From assembly GCF_964355755.1 (NCBI RefSeq), contig NC_092677.1, positions 26,833,175 through 26,897,174 on the forward strand: DNA of 64,000 nucleotides, read 5' to 3'. The notes under the pieces were generated by a model. It worked only from the letters and a program-made list of their open reading frames with translations, had not been told where the DNA came from and made no database searches. The stretch is from Antedon mediterranea. Taxonomy: Eukaryota > Animalia > Echinodermata. Below are positions 11,077-22,353 of this stretch, in pieces (position 1 is the stretch's first letter; every line of letters begins with the position of its first letter). The position numbers were made by a program, and so were the translations under genes.

Positions 11077-11441
11077 CCGTAAAACCTCGAAAAGAAGCCC
11101 ATGGGCTTCTTCTTTTTTTAGTGCTCTTGGATGGGCTTCTTTTCGAGATGGGCTTCTTTTCAAGATGGGCTTCTTTTTCGAGAGTACTTTTGGAAACTGT
11201 AGAGGGGGCTTTTTTTCGAAATGAATGCTATAAATTATGTGAATTTCTACTACAATAATGTGAGATATTTTTTCAACCATGAAATTATGTTTAATATACC
11301 AATTAAAAAACAAAAAAACAGTCCTATGATTCACCATCAAATACAATAATTTCCATACTATTACTATCTTGGGGGGCTTCATTTCGAGATGGGCTTCTTT
11401 TGTAGAGGGGGGGGGGGGGGCTTCTTTTTGAGGTTTTACAG
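11077..11441. mobile_element. Tc1/mariner-type MITE
   Basis: TA|ccgtaaaacctcgaaaagaagccc..gggcttctttttgaggttttacag|TA, with internal gggcttcttttcgaga repeats. Confidence 0.8.
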
Positions 11442-12337
11442 TATAATGCTATGTACTAAGACCAGAATTAGAAAGAAACCAATCACAAAGAAAACATCTA
11501 ATTATTAATACATCGTGAGGTGGTGTGTTGTGCAACACATTACTTACATAAAATGTGATTATTGGTATATTATCAGCAGGAAAAAATGAAAAAAAAAATA
11601 ATAACTAAATAAGCATTGGTACAATTGCCAGATTTTGTTTATGGTTCCTCGACGATTGTATAGATTACAAATTCACCTTCATTTGATAACATTTTAAAAG
11701 AACAAAATCAGACTCCCCAACCGCTCCAACAATTCTATTCTATTTTTAGATCTAGATTTGGTTGTTGTGTTAGGTGGTACAATCACAGTTTCAAAATTAT
11801 CTGCCTCCACCAGAATGGATTTTCAGCACATTTTCACTCACTTCTAAAATCTAACCTATTTTAATAATTTAGACTTTTAGCACTGCGAGACATCAATAAA
11901 CAGCGCTTTAAAAATGTTATTATTATCACTTATGCTATAATTGTTATTATTATAAATTATTAATGGCAAGTGGGACGAGAGTTACATTAGAAGGAAAAAA
12001 CCAACCAGAAACCAGAATAATATCTATAGTATTAATACATAGGCTGATTGATTATGTGTAACACGTTACTTACATGAAATTGGTATAACCCAGCAGCATA
12101 GGCCACGGAAAAAAAAAATGAAATTGAATGAAAAAAACAAAAAAAAGTATGGGTGCAAATTGTACAAAACACATATTTAAAAATCAACTGAAAATGAATG
12201 AATGATAATGATATGATTTAATTTATGCAGAATCTTAAAAAAAAAAAAAAATTAGTATGGTTATCAATATCATAACATTAGAATGGAGAATAATTTCATT
12301 CTGCATGTTAGGCCCAAATAATCTGAGAAAGAAAAAC

Positions 12338-12439
12338 CTGTGGTATCACCATCATCAGATGCTGGCGTTGTCTGTCTCTGCAACGGTGATGGGGTAGAAT
12401 TTTGTTTTGTTGTTGATGTTGAGGTGCTGAATTCCCCAG
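12338..12439 (-). CDS. NCAM: Probable alternative Ser/Thr-rich stalk exon (AGEFSTSTSTTKQNSTPSPLQRQTTPASDDGDTT)
   Basis: Pyrimidine tract plus ccag acceptor. 102-nt symmetric phase 1-1 open frame, GC-richer than the flanks. Donor G|GTTTTT is weak; read-through ends at TGA 12270-12272. Confidence 0.65.
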
Positions 12440-12993
12440 CTGGTTTCAAAACGGTAGGAGAAAAATTTAGTTATTGTAATAATTGTTAAAACATTACAAT
12501 GGTGTATCCCTTAGGGTGTTTTGTTCACAGGTCACACACACACACACAAGTCACAAATCAGTTTATTTGATCCATAAAGAAAAAAAATACCAAGCTAAAA
12601 ATACACAAAAGGACCAGGGAGACTTCCATTAAGGCCAAAAGCCACATGCATTGAAGCCACCCAAACATTTGAAATAATATAGGTCACTCATCTTAGAACC
12701 TATATTGCAAGGAGGTGAATACATGGTAATATTACCTGATGCACTCGAACCAGTCACGTATGCAACTATACATTATGCCCAGCAGGCATGTAAAAATGAA
12801 TGAATGTTAATGTGGCTTTCTAAATGAAACATGGCGGGTCTCTGAAATAGTATGGATGGGCTTTTAAAATTAAGGAAAACGTAAGTTTTTAACATTAATG
12901 TTTTTGCTTTACATTCTTATATATATTTTCTGACTTGTACCATACATTCAGCATTGAAGTAATTAACCATGTTGTTTTTGTTGTTTATTTACG

Positions 12994-13272
12994 ATGAATT
13001 GCGGTTATTCTGATATTAACGTATAGTATATATTATCTACATTACATCGTACACCAGGCAGCATGAATTGTGGTTATTCTGATATTAACGTATAGTATAT
13101 ATTATCTACATTACATCGTACAACAGGCAGCATAAATTGCGGTTATTCTGATATTAACGTATAGTATATATTATCTACATTACATCGTACACCAGGCAGC
13201 ATGAATTGCGGTTATTCTGATATTAACGTATAGTATATATTATCTACATTACATCGTACCACCAGGCAGCAT
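12994..13272. repeat. 69-bp tandem repeat, 4 copies
   Basis: Unit atgaattgcggttattctgatattaacg..acaccaggcagc at 12994, 13063, 13132 and 13201. Confidence 0.95.
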
Positions 13273-13635
13273 CCTCATTGAAAAATTTTGATTAGCAATT
13301 TTTAGTTGAATTTAAATACATAGATTTGCATTGTGTTTTTTGGTGTAAAAAAATAAAATTTAAAATTTGATGGCACTTGTCATTTAATACGTCAATTAAA
13401 TTTCATATTTTATATTAATAATTAAAATTGTTATTTTATTAAATTCAAGCACTAAAATGGTGAAAAAATTCTAATATTTAAAATTTTAGTAATGTTATTT
13501 AATATTTAATTGGAATCAAATGGCATACATTTTCCTTATTTTCCATCATCATCATGTTTTTAATAATTCTGAAATTTTTCAAGCAATCAGTACTCAATGA
13601 TAAAACAGATATCGGACACTAAAATAAAAACTTAC

Positions 13636-13837
13636 CCGTTGGTAAATTCTTCTTTCCTGCTGTTTTAAACGCAATAATGTCCCTGTTCCCGTCTCCAAGA
13701 GTGCTACTGGCCCATATTTCCACTTTATAATCCGTAGCTTTCTCAAGTTCTGCAATTATGTGTTTCCTGTATTCTTTATCTACCTTCTGAACCGAACTTT
13801 TGTCACCGTTTTCGATAACCTCATTTGGTCGATTAGG
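13636..13837 (-). CDS. NCAM: NCAM-like exon 13, FN3-2 C-half (PNRPNE..IAELEKATDYKVEIWASSTLGDGNRDIIAFKTAGKKNLPT)
   Basis: ttacag/gtaagt, 202 nt, phase 0 to 1. L...T.Y.V...A...G motif. Confidence 0.9.
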
Positions 13838-14027
13838 CTGTAAAGGAATCCCAACACAATCGTTAAATATCATAATTGAACTTAGATAGAACGATAAATC
13901 GTCACTTTAAGACATGTTGCCGTGCTGAACAAATAATTTGTTGAATATGCAATTTTAAAAACACTTTAAATTGGAATTTTAAAAATCCAAAATTATTTCA
14001 TCTTGCGAGGAACAAAGTTATACTTAC

Positions 14028-14164
14028 ATCATATTCCCAATATTGGATATAGTAAGCTTCAATCTCAGCACCACCATTGTCAGCTGGTTCTTCCCATTCA
14101 AGTGTATACTCGGTTTCCGATTCAGATGTTTGTGGACTGGTAATTTTAGGGGCGTATGGTGGCC
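14028..14164 (-). CDS. NCAM: NCAM-like exon 12, FN3-2 N-half (RPPYAPKITSPQTSESETEYTLEWEEPADNGGAEIEAYYIQYWEYD)
   Basis: aaatag/gtaagt, 137 nt. W..P.DNGG..I..Y motif. Confidence 0.92.
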
Positions 14165-14225
14165 CTATTTTTACACAAAAAAAAGGAGGAGAAAATGAGT
14201 TGCCATAAACTAGTATTCATGCCAT

Positions 14226-14550
14226 GTCGAGTGGCCGAGCGGTTAAGACGGGGGCGCCGCAAACCATAACTTTACAATCGGCACAAGTTCTAGACAATCT
14301 GGTCTTCTCGGACAAAGATTTAAAACTGGAGGTTCAGTGCACACATCTGGCTTGGGTTCACTTTAAAGAACCCAGTAAATCTTTCGGGGTTAACCCGGTG
14401 TACGGGTCAATTCAGCCCCTGTCCCTGTAGACAATGGGTGCCGTTTGGTGGCAGCACTCGACACAAAGAGGAGTAGAAAGTTGTGGTATGTGTCATCCAC
14501 ACCCGGTGCGCAATTCAGGCCAGTAGGCTGCAAGTCAGGTTATTGTTGAT
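14226..14550 (+). mobile_element. tRNA-derived Deu-domain-like SINE (diverged copy)
   Basis: A-box tggccgagcggttaag, then the ttctcggacaaagat..cactttaaagaaccc..cccggtgt core shared with the copies at 20288 and 47005. Confidence 0.7.
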
Positions 14551-14571
14551 ATATATATATGGTGCTGTTTT

Positions 14572-16229
14572 AGCCTCTGTCCGCACTATCAAACTTTGTG
14601 ACAAAAATTTGATGTGCCCATATACGGGTATGATGATGTCATATCACTACCATGTTTGGGCATATCACTACCATGTTTGGGCATATCACTACCATGTTTG
14701 GGCATATCACTACCATGTTTGGGCATATCACTCCCATGTTTGGGCATATCAGTACCATGTTTGGACATACAGTACAGAAAGAAAATACTGCAACTTTACC
14801 TACGAAGTAGCTTCGTAGATAGAACGTAGGCTACGTTGTTGGCTTCGTAGGTTCCATTGTTTGGCTTCGTAACCTCAATAAACAACTTTCAATGAGCTAC
14901 GTTCTGAACTTCGTAGGGAGTTCGTAACCTAAATAAACAACCCTACGATGTTCTTAGTGAAGTAAGGTGTGAAATTAATGTGTTAAATTTAATTGGCGGA
15001 GGACAAAGTTGTAAATTAATAAAAAATAAATAATATTTTTTAATCGTAATATTTTCCTTCGTGCGTGTTTACCTACTCAACGGCGAATATAAATATAAAT
15101 TTCCCACGATGTATAACGAGAGAGACACGATCCAACACAGGTGAACCGCAACGAACAGGCCAACTAATTATAATAAACATAATATAGCGAACGTCCCATC
15201 CAGAAACGATGCCGAGAAAAAAAGATCGTAAACAATTCATTCTAAATATAGCATCAGGACGTTCAATCGGTCGCTCAAAAAGACTGCCGACAGAAGACCG
15301 TAATTAATACAGACCTAGTTTTTTTTTGGTCACATGGCATGAAACGCGATACTCTCTGCTTACCGCAATCTCTCACATGTTTTTTTTTACTCAGTACGAG
15401 CTCGACGAGAGGGTGACTACCGTCTGACGACGATAAAACAGTAATTAAGATTGTGTACCTGGATTTTGTGTCACATGACATGAAACATAATACTCTCTCT
15501 ACTGTGCTCAGCTCACATGTTTTTTCACCTCCAAATTCTGGTCGGGCCTTTTTCTTTATACATGTCGTAATCATTTTAAAAAAGGCCTATTTATGTATGT
15601 TAAATCTTAATATGGAATATATATTTATTTTGCATATATTTTGTTGGTTTCCTAGCGTAGGTGTCGTTGTTTTTATAATTCGCTAACCCAACAAGGTAGG
15701 AATAAATAATTTATAGTGTAGGCCGCCGAAACAGGCTAGGCCTAGCCTCGACTCTCTCTACGTGAGCTGAGGTCCACCGGCCCGATGTCGTTTCGTCGGC
15801 GGATTTCCGTCCAAATTAGGATAACCGATGCGTAGGGCGGCTACAAAAATTGACCTACTATCTTTAGGTAGGATTTAATTAGCAAACAATACATTGTTTG
15901 TTTGCATTGTCCATGCTTCTACGAACCACCCTACGATCGAGGCGTAGCCTAGATTTCATAAAAATACATCGTAGGCTACGAACAATACATTGTAGGTAGG
16001 AGAGAACAATACATCGTAGGCTACGAACAATACATCGTAGGAGAGAACAATACATCGTAGGCTACAAACAATACATCGTAGGCTACAAACAATACATCGT
16101 AGGAGAGAACAATGACCTACGTTCTACCTACGTTCTACCTACGAAAGCCTACGCGTAGATACGAAGCAGTAATTTCTTTCTGTACTGTATCACTACCATA
16201 TTTAGGCACATTGATAGTGTAGACATGGC
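14572..16229. mobile_element. PIF/Harbinger-like MITE (family A) with a 21-bp repeat array, split by a nested 1.4-kb transposon
   Basis: Left TIR at 14572, 21-bp repeats from 14640 to 14769, repeat resumes at 16190, right TIR gatagtgtagaca at about 16213-16229. Confidence 0.8.
14770..16187. mobile_element. 1.42-kb non-autonomous TA-TSD DNA transposon (family B, copy 1)
   Basis: TA|cagtacagaaagaaaatactgc..gcagtaatttctttctgtactg|TA, with subterminal aacaatacatcgtagg repeats. Near-identical to 28384-29813. Confidence 0.9.
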
Positions 16230-16256
16230 ATGGATTGAAATATTTATGGTACTTAC

Positions 16257-16400
16257 TACTAGATAGTGTTCTGCCAATTACTTCTTCACTTTGTTCTCCT
16301 AAGATGTATTCATTCTTAGCAGCTACTTGGATTTTGTATGGTTTTTCAGAGTCGAGTCCTTCGATTACATACCTTTCAAAATCTTCATCATCTTCATTTT
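16257..16400 (-). CDS. NCAM: NCAM-like exon 11, FN3-1 C-half (KNEDDEDFERYVIEGLDSEKPYKIQVAAKNEYILGEQSE..RTLSS)
   Basis: tatcag/gtaagt, 144 nt. GL.....Y.I.VAA.N FN3 signature. Overlaps ORF 16135..16452. Confidence 0.92.
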
Positions 16401-16810
16401 CTGATAAAGTAACGATAAAAGAAAAATAAAACACACAAACGTTGGAGACCATACTATATCAATGTTATTGAATAATAAGGTTTATTGCAAATAGCTTAAT
16501 TTTGTGAGGAACGTCATTGCACAATGCATGATGGGAGAGTTTGGGAGCAAACGTCACGACGCGTACGTACAAACAACAAATAACGTATGTACGCGTCATG
16601 ACGTTTTCTCCCAAGCCCTTCCCACCATGTGTCGCACACGCTATTTGTGATAAACTTAATGGGAAATGAAATAACCCTTTAAGCTCGGTACGCACTTATA
16701 TGAATCAACCGAACTGTCGCTTGTTGCAACTAACTGGAATTAACATGTGTTGTGCCTACGTCATTGCCCAAGTGGGAACCAAACAGCATTTATTTAAGCA
16801 ATAGACTTAC

Positions 16811-16981
16811 TGTAATCAAACACTTCATATTTAACCACCTCCTCACCCCTGCTTTCAAACTTCCAGGTGATATTGTATGAGATTATGTCAAGTCCACCCG
16901 TATATTCAGGCTCTTCTATTCGTAGTGTGATCGAAGTAGGTCTGTTCGTGTCAACTTCAACGTTAGGCGCATCTGGAGCAC
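16811..16981 (-). CDS. NCAM: NCAM-like exon 10, FN3-1 N-half (GAPDAPNVEVDTNRPTSITLRIEEPEYTGGLDIISYNITW..)
   Basis: ttgtag/gtaagt, 171 nt. P..P...EPE.TGG..I..Y FN3 motif. Confidence 0.92.
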
Positions 16982-17291
16982 CTACAATTCAAACAACATT
17001 TAAAATATCAATACAATTTTTGTAGTTTGCATCAAGTCATTCACTTCTGACAAAGAAATTAAAAAATATGATTTTGCTTATTAAAACGACAAAATAAACA
17101 GTTAAATTTAACCAAAAACGTATTACGACTTCCGGAAAATATTTTTCTGGAGGTTTGTGTTTCGCCATTTCCCTCGTACCTTTCCCCCTAAATTTCAGTA
17201 CTGTACAATATGTATAATCTGTATTACATGCGATGCCTTTATCATATGCCATAAGACAAAACATAGATTTACACTGTATTAGTATTAGCTT

Positions 17292-17575
17292 ATGTGGATA
17301 TCACTACCATATTTAAACATATCACTACCATATTTAAACATATCACTACCATATTTAAACATATCACTACCATATTTAAACATATCACTACCATATTTAA
17401 ACATATCACTACCATATTTAAACATATCACTACCATATTTAAACATATCACTACCATATTTAAACATATCACTACCATATTTAAACATATCACTACCATA
17501 TTTAAGCATATTACTACCATATTGGGGCACATCACACTTTTTTTGTCAAACTAGTTTGATAGTGTAGACAGAGCT
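17292..17575. mobile_element. Family A MITE, one end missing, with the 21-bp unit expanded to about 11 copies
   Basis: (atatcactaccatatttaaac)n followed by TIR tttgatagtgtagacagagct. Confidence 0.85.
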
Positions 17576-17599
17576 TAACATAAAAACAAATCTTCTTAC

Positions 17600-17708
17600 C
17601 TGCAGATCTGAAGTCTATATTGTGCTGTGCAACTTGTTCAACTACATCTATTACATTATATGCATAACATGTGTACACTGAAAAATCTTCTGATTTCCCT
17701 GGAGTGAA
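17600..17708 (-). CDS. NCAM: NCAM-like exon 9, Ig5 C-part (FTPGKSEDFSVYTCYAYNVI..FRSA)
   Basis: tttcag/gtaaga, 109 nt. TP...DF..Y.C.A.N motif typical of NCAM/Fas2 Ig5. Confidence 0.92.
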
Positions 17709-17816
17709 CTGAAAGACAAAAGAGTAAGATTATATTGTTTGAAGGCTTTCGTGGAAAAATTAATATGTTGGTCATCGTCAGAAGTGAGAATGGAGATGTT
17801 AATTAATTACGTTAAT

Positions 17817-18563
17817 AGAGAGTTTACGAAACACGACGGAGAGGGACGACGACGGATTACCAGTGCGCGCTGATGCGTGAAAAGCTGGTTGTCGTCCACT
17901 TTAAAAAGTTCGTTTACGATACGCGATGGGACGACGACGTCGCGTCACGCTCGGCTTGATATGTTTGTAAACAATCATCATGGCGTTCGTACAAAATGCA
18001 TTAAATATCGCACTTTACGATGATATAATTGACCCTGAGGAGTATTTACTTTTGTATGATTTTAATAAATGCATAAATGTACAGTACAAAGATTACAATA
18101 ATTTTAATCTTGCATCGTACAATGACGACGAATGCAACATGTTTTTCAGGTAAGTCACCACCAACCAATCATTAGTAGGGCCTAAGTAAAGCCTAATCTA
18201 GTAAAGCCTATATTTTATGAAAGCAAATAGCTGATAGTAGGTCTAAATTCAATTGAATTTACGTCAATAAGTTCATTACTAATAAAAGTAGTGTAATTTG
18301 ATAATTAAAAACAAAAATTTAATTAAATTAATTATTTATTTGTAGGCCTAACCAAATATACATACTTTGGGCAGCTAATTGAGAAGTCATTGTTTGTGTT
18401 TTTTATTCGTGCACTGTGAACTGCAAAACAGCAATTTTGCAGTTGTCTTCTACCAGACGACAACTGGTGAAATTACTTACGCAGGCGCAGTGTTGCCAGT
18501 GGGCGTGGCTATCACTGTCAATCACTCGTTGTCTGAGCTCCCGTCGTGTTTTGTAAACTCTCT
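17817..18563 (+). mobile_element. Harbinger/ISL2EU-type deletion derivative carrying a transposase 5' exon
   Basis: TIR agagagtttacgaaacacgacgg / ccgtcgtgttttgtaaactctct, 3-bp TSD AAT. Confidence 0.8.
17980..18149 (+). pseudogene. Truncated transposase N-terminus (MAFVQNALNIALYDDIIDPEEYLLLYDFNKCINVQYKDYNNFNLASYNDDECNMFFR)
   Basis: ATG to AG|GTAAGT donor inside the TIR element. DDIID.EE.LLLY..F.L....DDEC...FR resembles N-termini of invertebrate Harbinger/ISL2EU DDE transposases (recalled pattern). Confidence 0.65.
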
Positions 18564-19260
18564 AATTAATATACGTTGTGTACCACAAACTTTATAATCA
18601 ACATAATTACTCCTCATTGATAAGTAACAATAGACAGGGGACTGATGGTCTTAACTCCCCGATTAAAGCCGGCGTTATCAGATAGACAGTCTTACTAAAG
18701 CCACCCCTGTTAGACCATTGCTATAAAACAGTCTTAGATAAGACCGCATAATGTAACAAATTGAGCGCGTACAGTAACAAATCAAGGGCTTACTTTAAGC
18801 GTAGAACACTAAATAAGGTAATGTTGGTCACGCTTGTCCAATTCACAATCATAACAGTACGTACATTTATACGCGAGAAAATCTATTCTAGGCCTATGTA
18901 AGAATAAAATCACCGTTATCATTTGATTTAATACTTAAAACTCGTTAAATTGGTTGTCTTTCAATAATACGTATAAGCAAAGAAGACTCCTTCGTGTAGG
19001 CTTTAATTTTAAAGACCGTTTGCAGGTTAGACCGCAATTTAGCAATGGTCTATAATAAAGACTACTTGCTACACCTTTCGACTGGAAATTAGCCATTCGT
19101 GAAGATATTAACTCCGCGGCCGGTTTCATTACACAAATATTTGAACAGTTCGGGGTTACTGAAATACCTACTATTAGAAGATTTACGGTATACAAGATTT
19201 AGTAATACGAATGAGATAAATCAACTTTAAATTGCCGGATGAAAGTTAGAAGTAACTTAC

Positions 19261-19475
19261 AGAGACGCTGCTGGCACCATCCGCTGTACTGAAAACGGTA
19301 AAAACGGGATCAGAGATATCCGTTAAATTGGTCACCTGGGTATTACGTTTAATTACCCAATAATATTGGGCTGGTGGGTTTGCTAGCCAATAGCATGTCA
19401 ACGTCATCTCGTTTCCAATCCACCCCGTATACGCTCCCTGCTGATCTTGTCTCTTCTTGTCAATCACTGGAGGAA
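19261..19475 (-). CDS. NCAM: NCAM-like exon 8, Ig5 N-part (FPPVIDKKRQDQQGAYTGWIGNEMTLTCYWLANPPAQYYW..SSVS)
   Basis: tttcag/gtaagt, 215 nt. YTGWIGN..TLTC..ANPPA resembles NCAM Ig5 YTWEGN..ITC..AYPSA. Confidence 0.92.
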
Positions 19476-19703
19476 CTGAAATGTACAAATCATTATATTT
19501 ACTACAAAAATCAATATGTGGCAGAAATAAAAATAATGTTAAATTATTGTTAAATAATTCAAGATTTATATTGGTGAAATAAATACTTCTATTTTTAAAA
19601 ATTGACGATAAATAAGTATACCAAATTATGGAACAAACACCAGATTTCCAGTGTTGTATCTCCACACACTATCTACTTCCTAAGTATTATAGAAATATTT
19701 AAA

Positions 19704-19824
19704 ATGTGATGTGCCCATATATGGACACAATGAAGTCATATAACTACCATATTTAATATACAACTACCATATTTGGACACATGACATTTTTTTGTCAAAC
19801 TAGTTTGATAGTGTAGACAGAGTT
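19704..19824. mobile_element. Family A MITE (partial)
   Basis: atgtgatgtgcccatatatggaca..tttgatagtgtagacagagt. Confidence 0.75.
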
Positions 19825-20037
19825 TAAGTTAAAGGTTACTGCTAGATACATGTGAAACACATGTGATGTTGTATTAGCAAATATTCCTAGATACTTCAGC
19901 AATAGATACAGTACCAAGAATCGGCTGCTTTCAAATGATGCATGTTCACTCAAATCGAAAAGTTTGTTGTTTGTTTATCAATTTCCACAAATAATACATA
20001 TAATTTTCTTAATAAATCTAAAGTTCCTAATACTTAC

Positions 20038-20194
20038 AGTTAACCGTGAGGTTGGAAATGGCACTTGCTTCGCCTCCAGCGTTTTTGGCAAAGCATTCAT
20101 ACGATCCGTTGTAACTGCGCTTTACACTAGAGAAAATAAGATCCAAGCGCGATCCGTCTTGCAGTGACTGCACTTCTATATCTGCAGCAGTTGG
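20038..20194 (-). CDS. NCAM: NCAM-like exon 7, Ig4 C-half (..LDLIFSSVKRSYNGSYECFAKNAGG..LTVN)
   Basis: atttag/gtaagt, 157 nt, GSYEC.A.N..G motif. Confidence 0.92.
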
Positions 20195-20287
20195 CTAAAT
20201 ACAAACAAATTTGTTTAGTAAATTAACAATTTATCATTAACAATAAGAATGAGTCTAACATTATTATACTTTTTTTATATATCCTCT

Positions 20288-20612
20288 GAGCGAGTTGAGT
20301 GGCCGCGCGGTTAAGACAGTGCAACTGTAATACGTAGCCATAACATCGGCAAGGGTTCGAGGCTCACTCGCTCAATGGTTCTGCTAGTGTAACAAGTCTT
20401 CTCGGATAAAGACTATAAACCGTAGGTCCAGTGTACACATCTAGCTCATGTGCACTTTAAAGAACCTAGTATATCTTTCGAGACGAGTAGGGGGTTACCC
20501 CGGTGTACTAGTTCACACACAGCCACTGTCAAACTCATACATACACTGGGTCCTCTGGGAGAACAGTCTTAGACTGAAGAGGCTACCCAGTATAAAGAAT
20601 AAATAATAATAA
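20288..20612 (+). mobile_element. tRNA-derived Deu-domain-like SINE
   Basis: A-box tggccgcgcggttaag, B-box ggttcgaggc, a core tcggataaagactataaaccgtaggtcc..ttaaagaacc..gggttaccccggtgt resembling the Deu domain, and an A/AAT tail. Confidence 0.8.
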
Positions 20613-20912
20613 TGAATGATTATGTTCAATTAACATGTCCCAGAGGTTTTAAATACTGATAAGCTTATAATCGAAGGTTATGAATCTTTGGCTAACCATG
20701 CCTAAGGTCCATTTCTTTTCAAATGCAAGGATTTTTTCCCCTCAAACAATCAATTTCCAAACATTGTCAATATAAGGCTTTTTAAGTATAGTTTTAAGAA
20801 AGCAATCCTGGCTACTAAATACAAGACATTTTCTAATAACAATAATTTAATCTTAATGTTTTTTCTTAATTTTCTGGCATTTTTTAAAAATAAGTGAAAC
20901 GGGCAAGTGTAC

Positions 20913-21334
20913 CTGAACCCCGACTGGCATATCCTCTCCAAACCTTCTCCATGTCAGCTCTGATTTATCTCCACTAACTGTATTACAAGACAATGTTTCT
21001 CGACTATTCTCCAGAGCACTCTTTTCTATGCCCTCCTGAACGACAGGTGGAATAAACACACGTAGGGTGGCAACGCGTTGTGCAGTTATCGTCAGTTTCT
21101 CAACTGTTGCAGTGCAAATGTACGATCCTTCGTCAGCCTTTCTTAAATCATTAATAATTAGCTTCTCTCCACTGTCTTCGATAGTAAAACGATCTGTACT
21201 TTCGATTACTTGGTTGCCACTAGTGGTCCAGCGTAAGACTGGAGGAGGATTGCCAGTTGCAATGCATTTGAATTCTGCGTTTTTGCCTTCTGTACCATTG
21301 AAATCTTCTGGGCCTAGCGTAATTTTCGGAGGAA
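20913..21334 (-). CDS. NCAM: NCAM-like exon 6, Ig3 plus Ig4 N-half (VPPKITLGPEDFNGTEGKNAEFKCIATGNPPPVLRW..DEGSYIC..ETLSCNTVSGDKSELTW..)
   Basis: caacag/gtacac, 422 nt open frame with a complete I-set Ig domain. Phase 1 to phase 0. Confidence 0.93.
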
Positions 21335-21762
21335 CTGTTGAAGAAAATATAATAATTCAGAATTATCATAGGCTATGTAAATACGTGAACGTAATTGGTT
21401 ATAATTCACCTCTAAGCAGGCAATATCTGTATAATATTACATAGCCTATAATGCGATTGGCTGAAATGGCATCATGTGACTAGCCCTCCAAGAATCCAAA
21501 ACGCTACTTTTCTGTATAGGATTACATGCACATTGCACCATCAAGGGGTAGGCCTAAATTGAGCAGAAACGACAATTGTGAAGGCTAGTTGTAAGCACTT
21601 TAAAAGATGTCAAATCCTTGCTATTCAATTGGTTAATTATGTATCACATGCCATTTAGAATTAGTACTACTGAATGGGACCGTGATGCAAAAAGGCCTGG
21701 AGAGATCACTGAAACTATATAATATATAATATAAGTTTGTGGGCTTATACAGTTATACTAAC

Positions 21763-21906
21763 CAAGAACTTCTACTCTTATATCTATACTATCACTAGCA
21801 ACAAGGCCTGTTGTCTCTGTAGCTGAACATTCGTACGTTCCATCATCTTGACTACTTATATTCACTATCTCCAGGTACTCCTTATGCTCGATGTTATATT
21901 TTGCAT
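21763..21906 (-). CDS. NCAM: NCAM-like exon 5, Ig2 C-half (..YLEIVNISSQDDGTYECSA..IRVEVL)
   Basis: ttttag/gttagt, 144 nt, DDGTYEC motif. Confidence 0.92.
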
Positions 21907-22194
21907 CTAAAAGTATAAATATGTGGCACATTAGATGGTTCTATATCATCTAGGTCTTTCAAAGTATGTTAAGAGGTTTTATGCTGGATAAGCATTCACA
22001 GAATATGTGGGGTTTTAGGTGAGTTTTGGGCTAGGTTAAAGGCCTCAAAAGTTTTTAATCCGGGTAGAATATGTAAAAAGAAACATTTTGGATTGGGATT
22101 CAAATGTTTTATGCTGGATAACAAGCCTTAAAAGATATTTTAATCAGGATAGAATTGTCAAAATGGACTTGTTTTAGGCTTGTTGAAAGCCTTA

Positions 22195-22325
22195 AGCTCT
22201 GTCTACACTATCAAAGTAGTTTGACAAAAAAAGTGTGATGTGCACAAAATATGGAAGTGATATGACATCATCATGTCCATATACGATTTATTTGTCACAA
22301 AAAGTTTGATAGTGTAGACAGAGCT
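22195..22325. mobile_element. Family A MITE, full length
   Basis: TTA|agctctgtctacactatcaaa..tttgatagtgtagacagagct|TTA (perfect TTA TSD). Confidence 0.88.
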
Positions 22326-22353
22326 TTAAAATATTACAGACTGAAACACTTAC

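Noticed and set aside
12418-12432. TTCAGCACC half-site resembling REST/NRSE
   Set aside because: The second half (GGACAG) is missing and the match lies within a coding frame.
12560-12860. Possible old LINE 3' fragment on the minus strand
   Set aside because: Only a vague resemblance, with stops; too degraded to call without a search.
15275-15574. 99-aa ORF inside the family B transposon (also 28989-29177)
   Set aside because: No recognisable transposase motif, and the frame differs between the two copies through homopolymer indels.
17285-17567. Four overlapping repetitive ORFs (KYGSDMF)n etc.; similar ORFs at 14483-14829 and 57029-57317
   Set aside because: Products of the 21-bp unit of MITE family A, which is stop-free in several frames.
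21067-21444. 125-aa plus-strand ORF
   Set aside because: Antisense shadow of the Ig3 exon on the minus strand.
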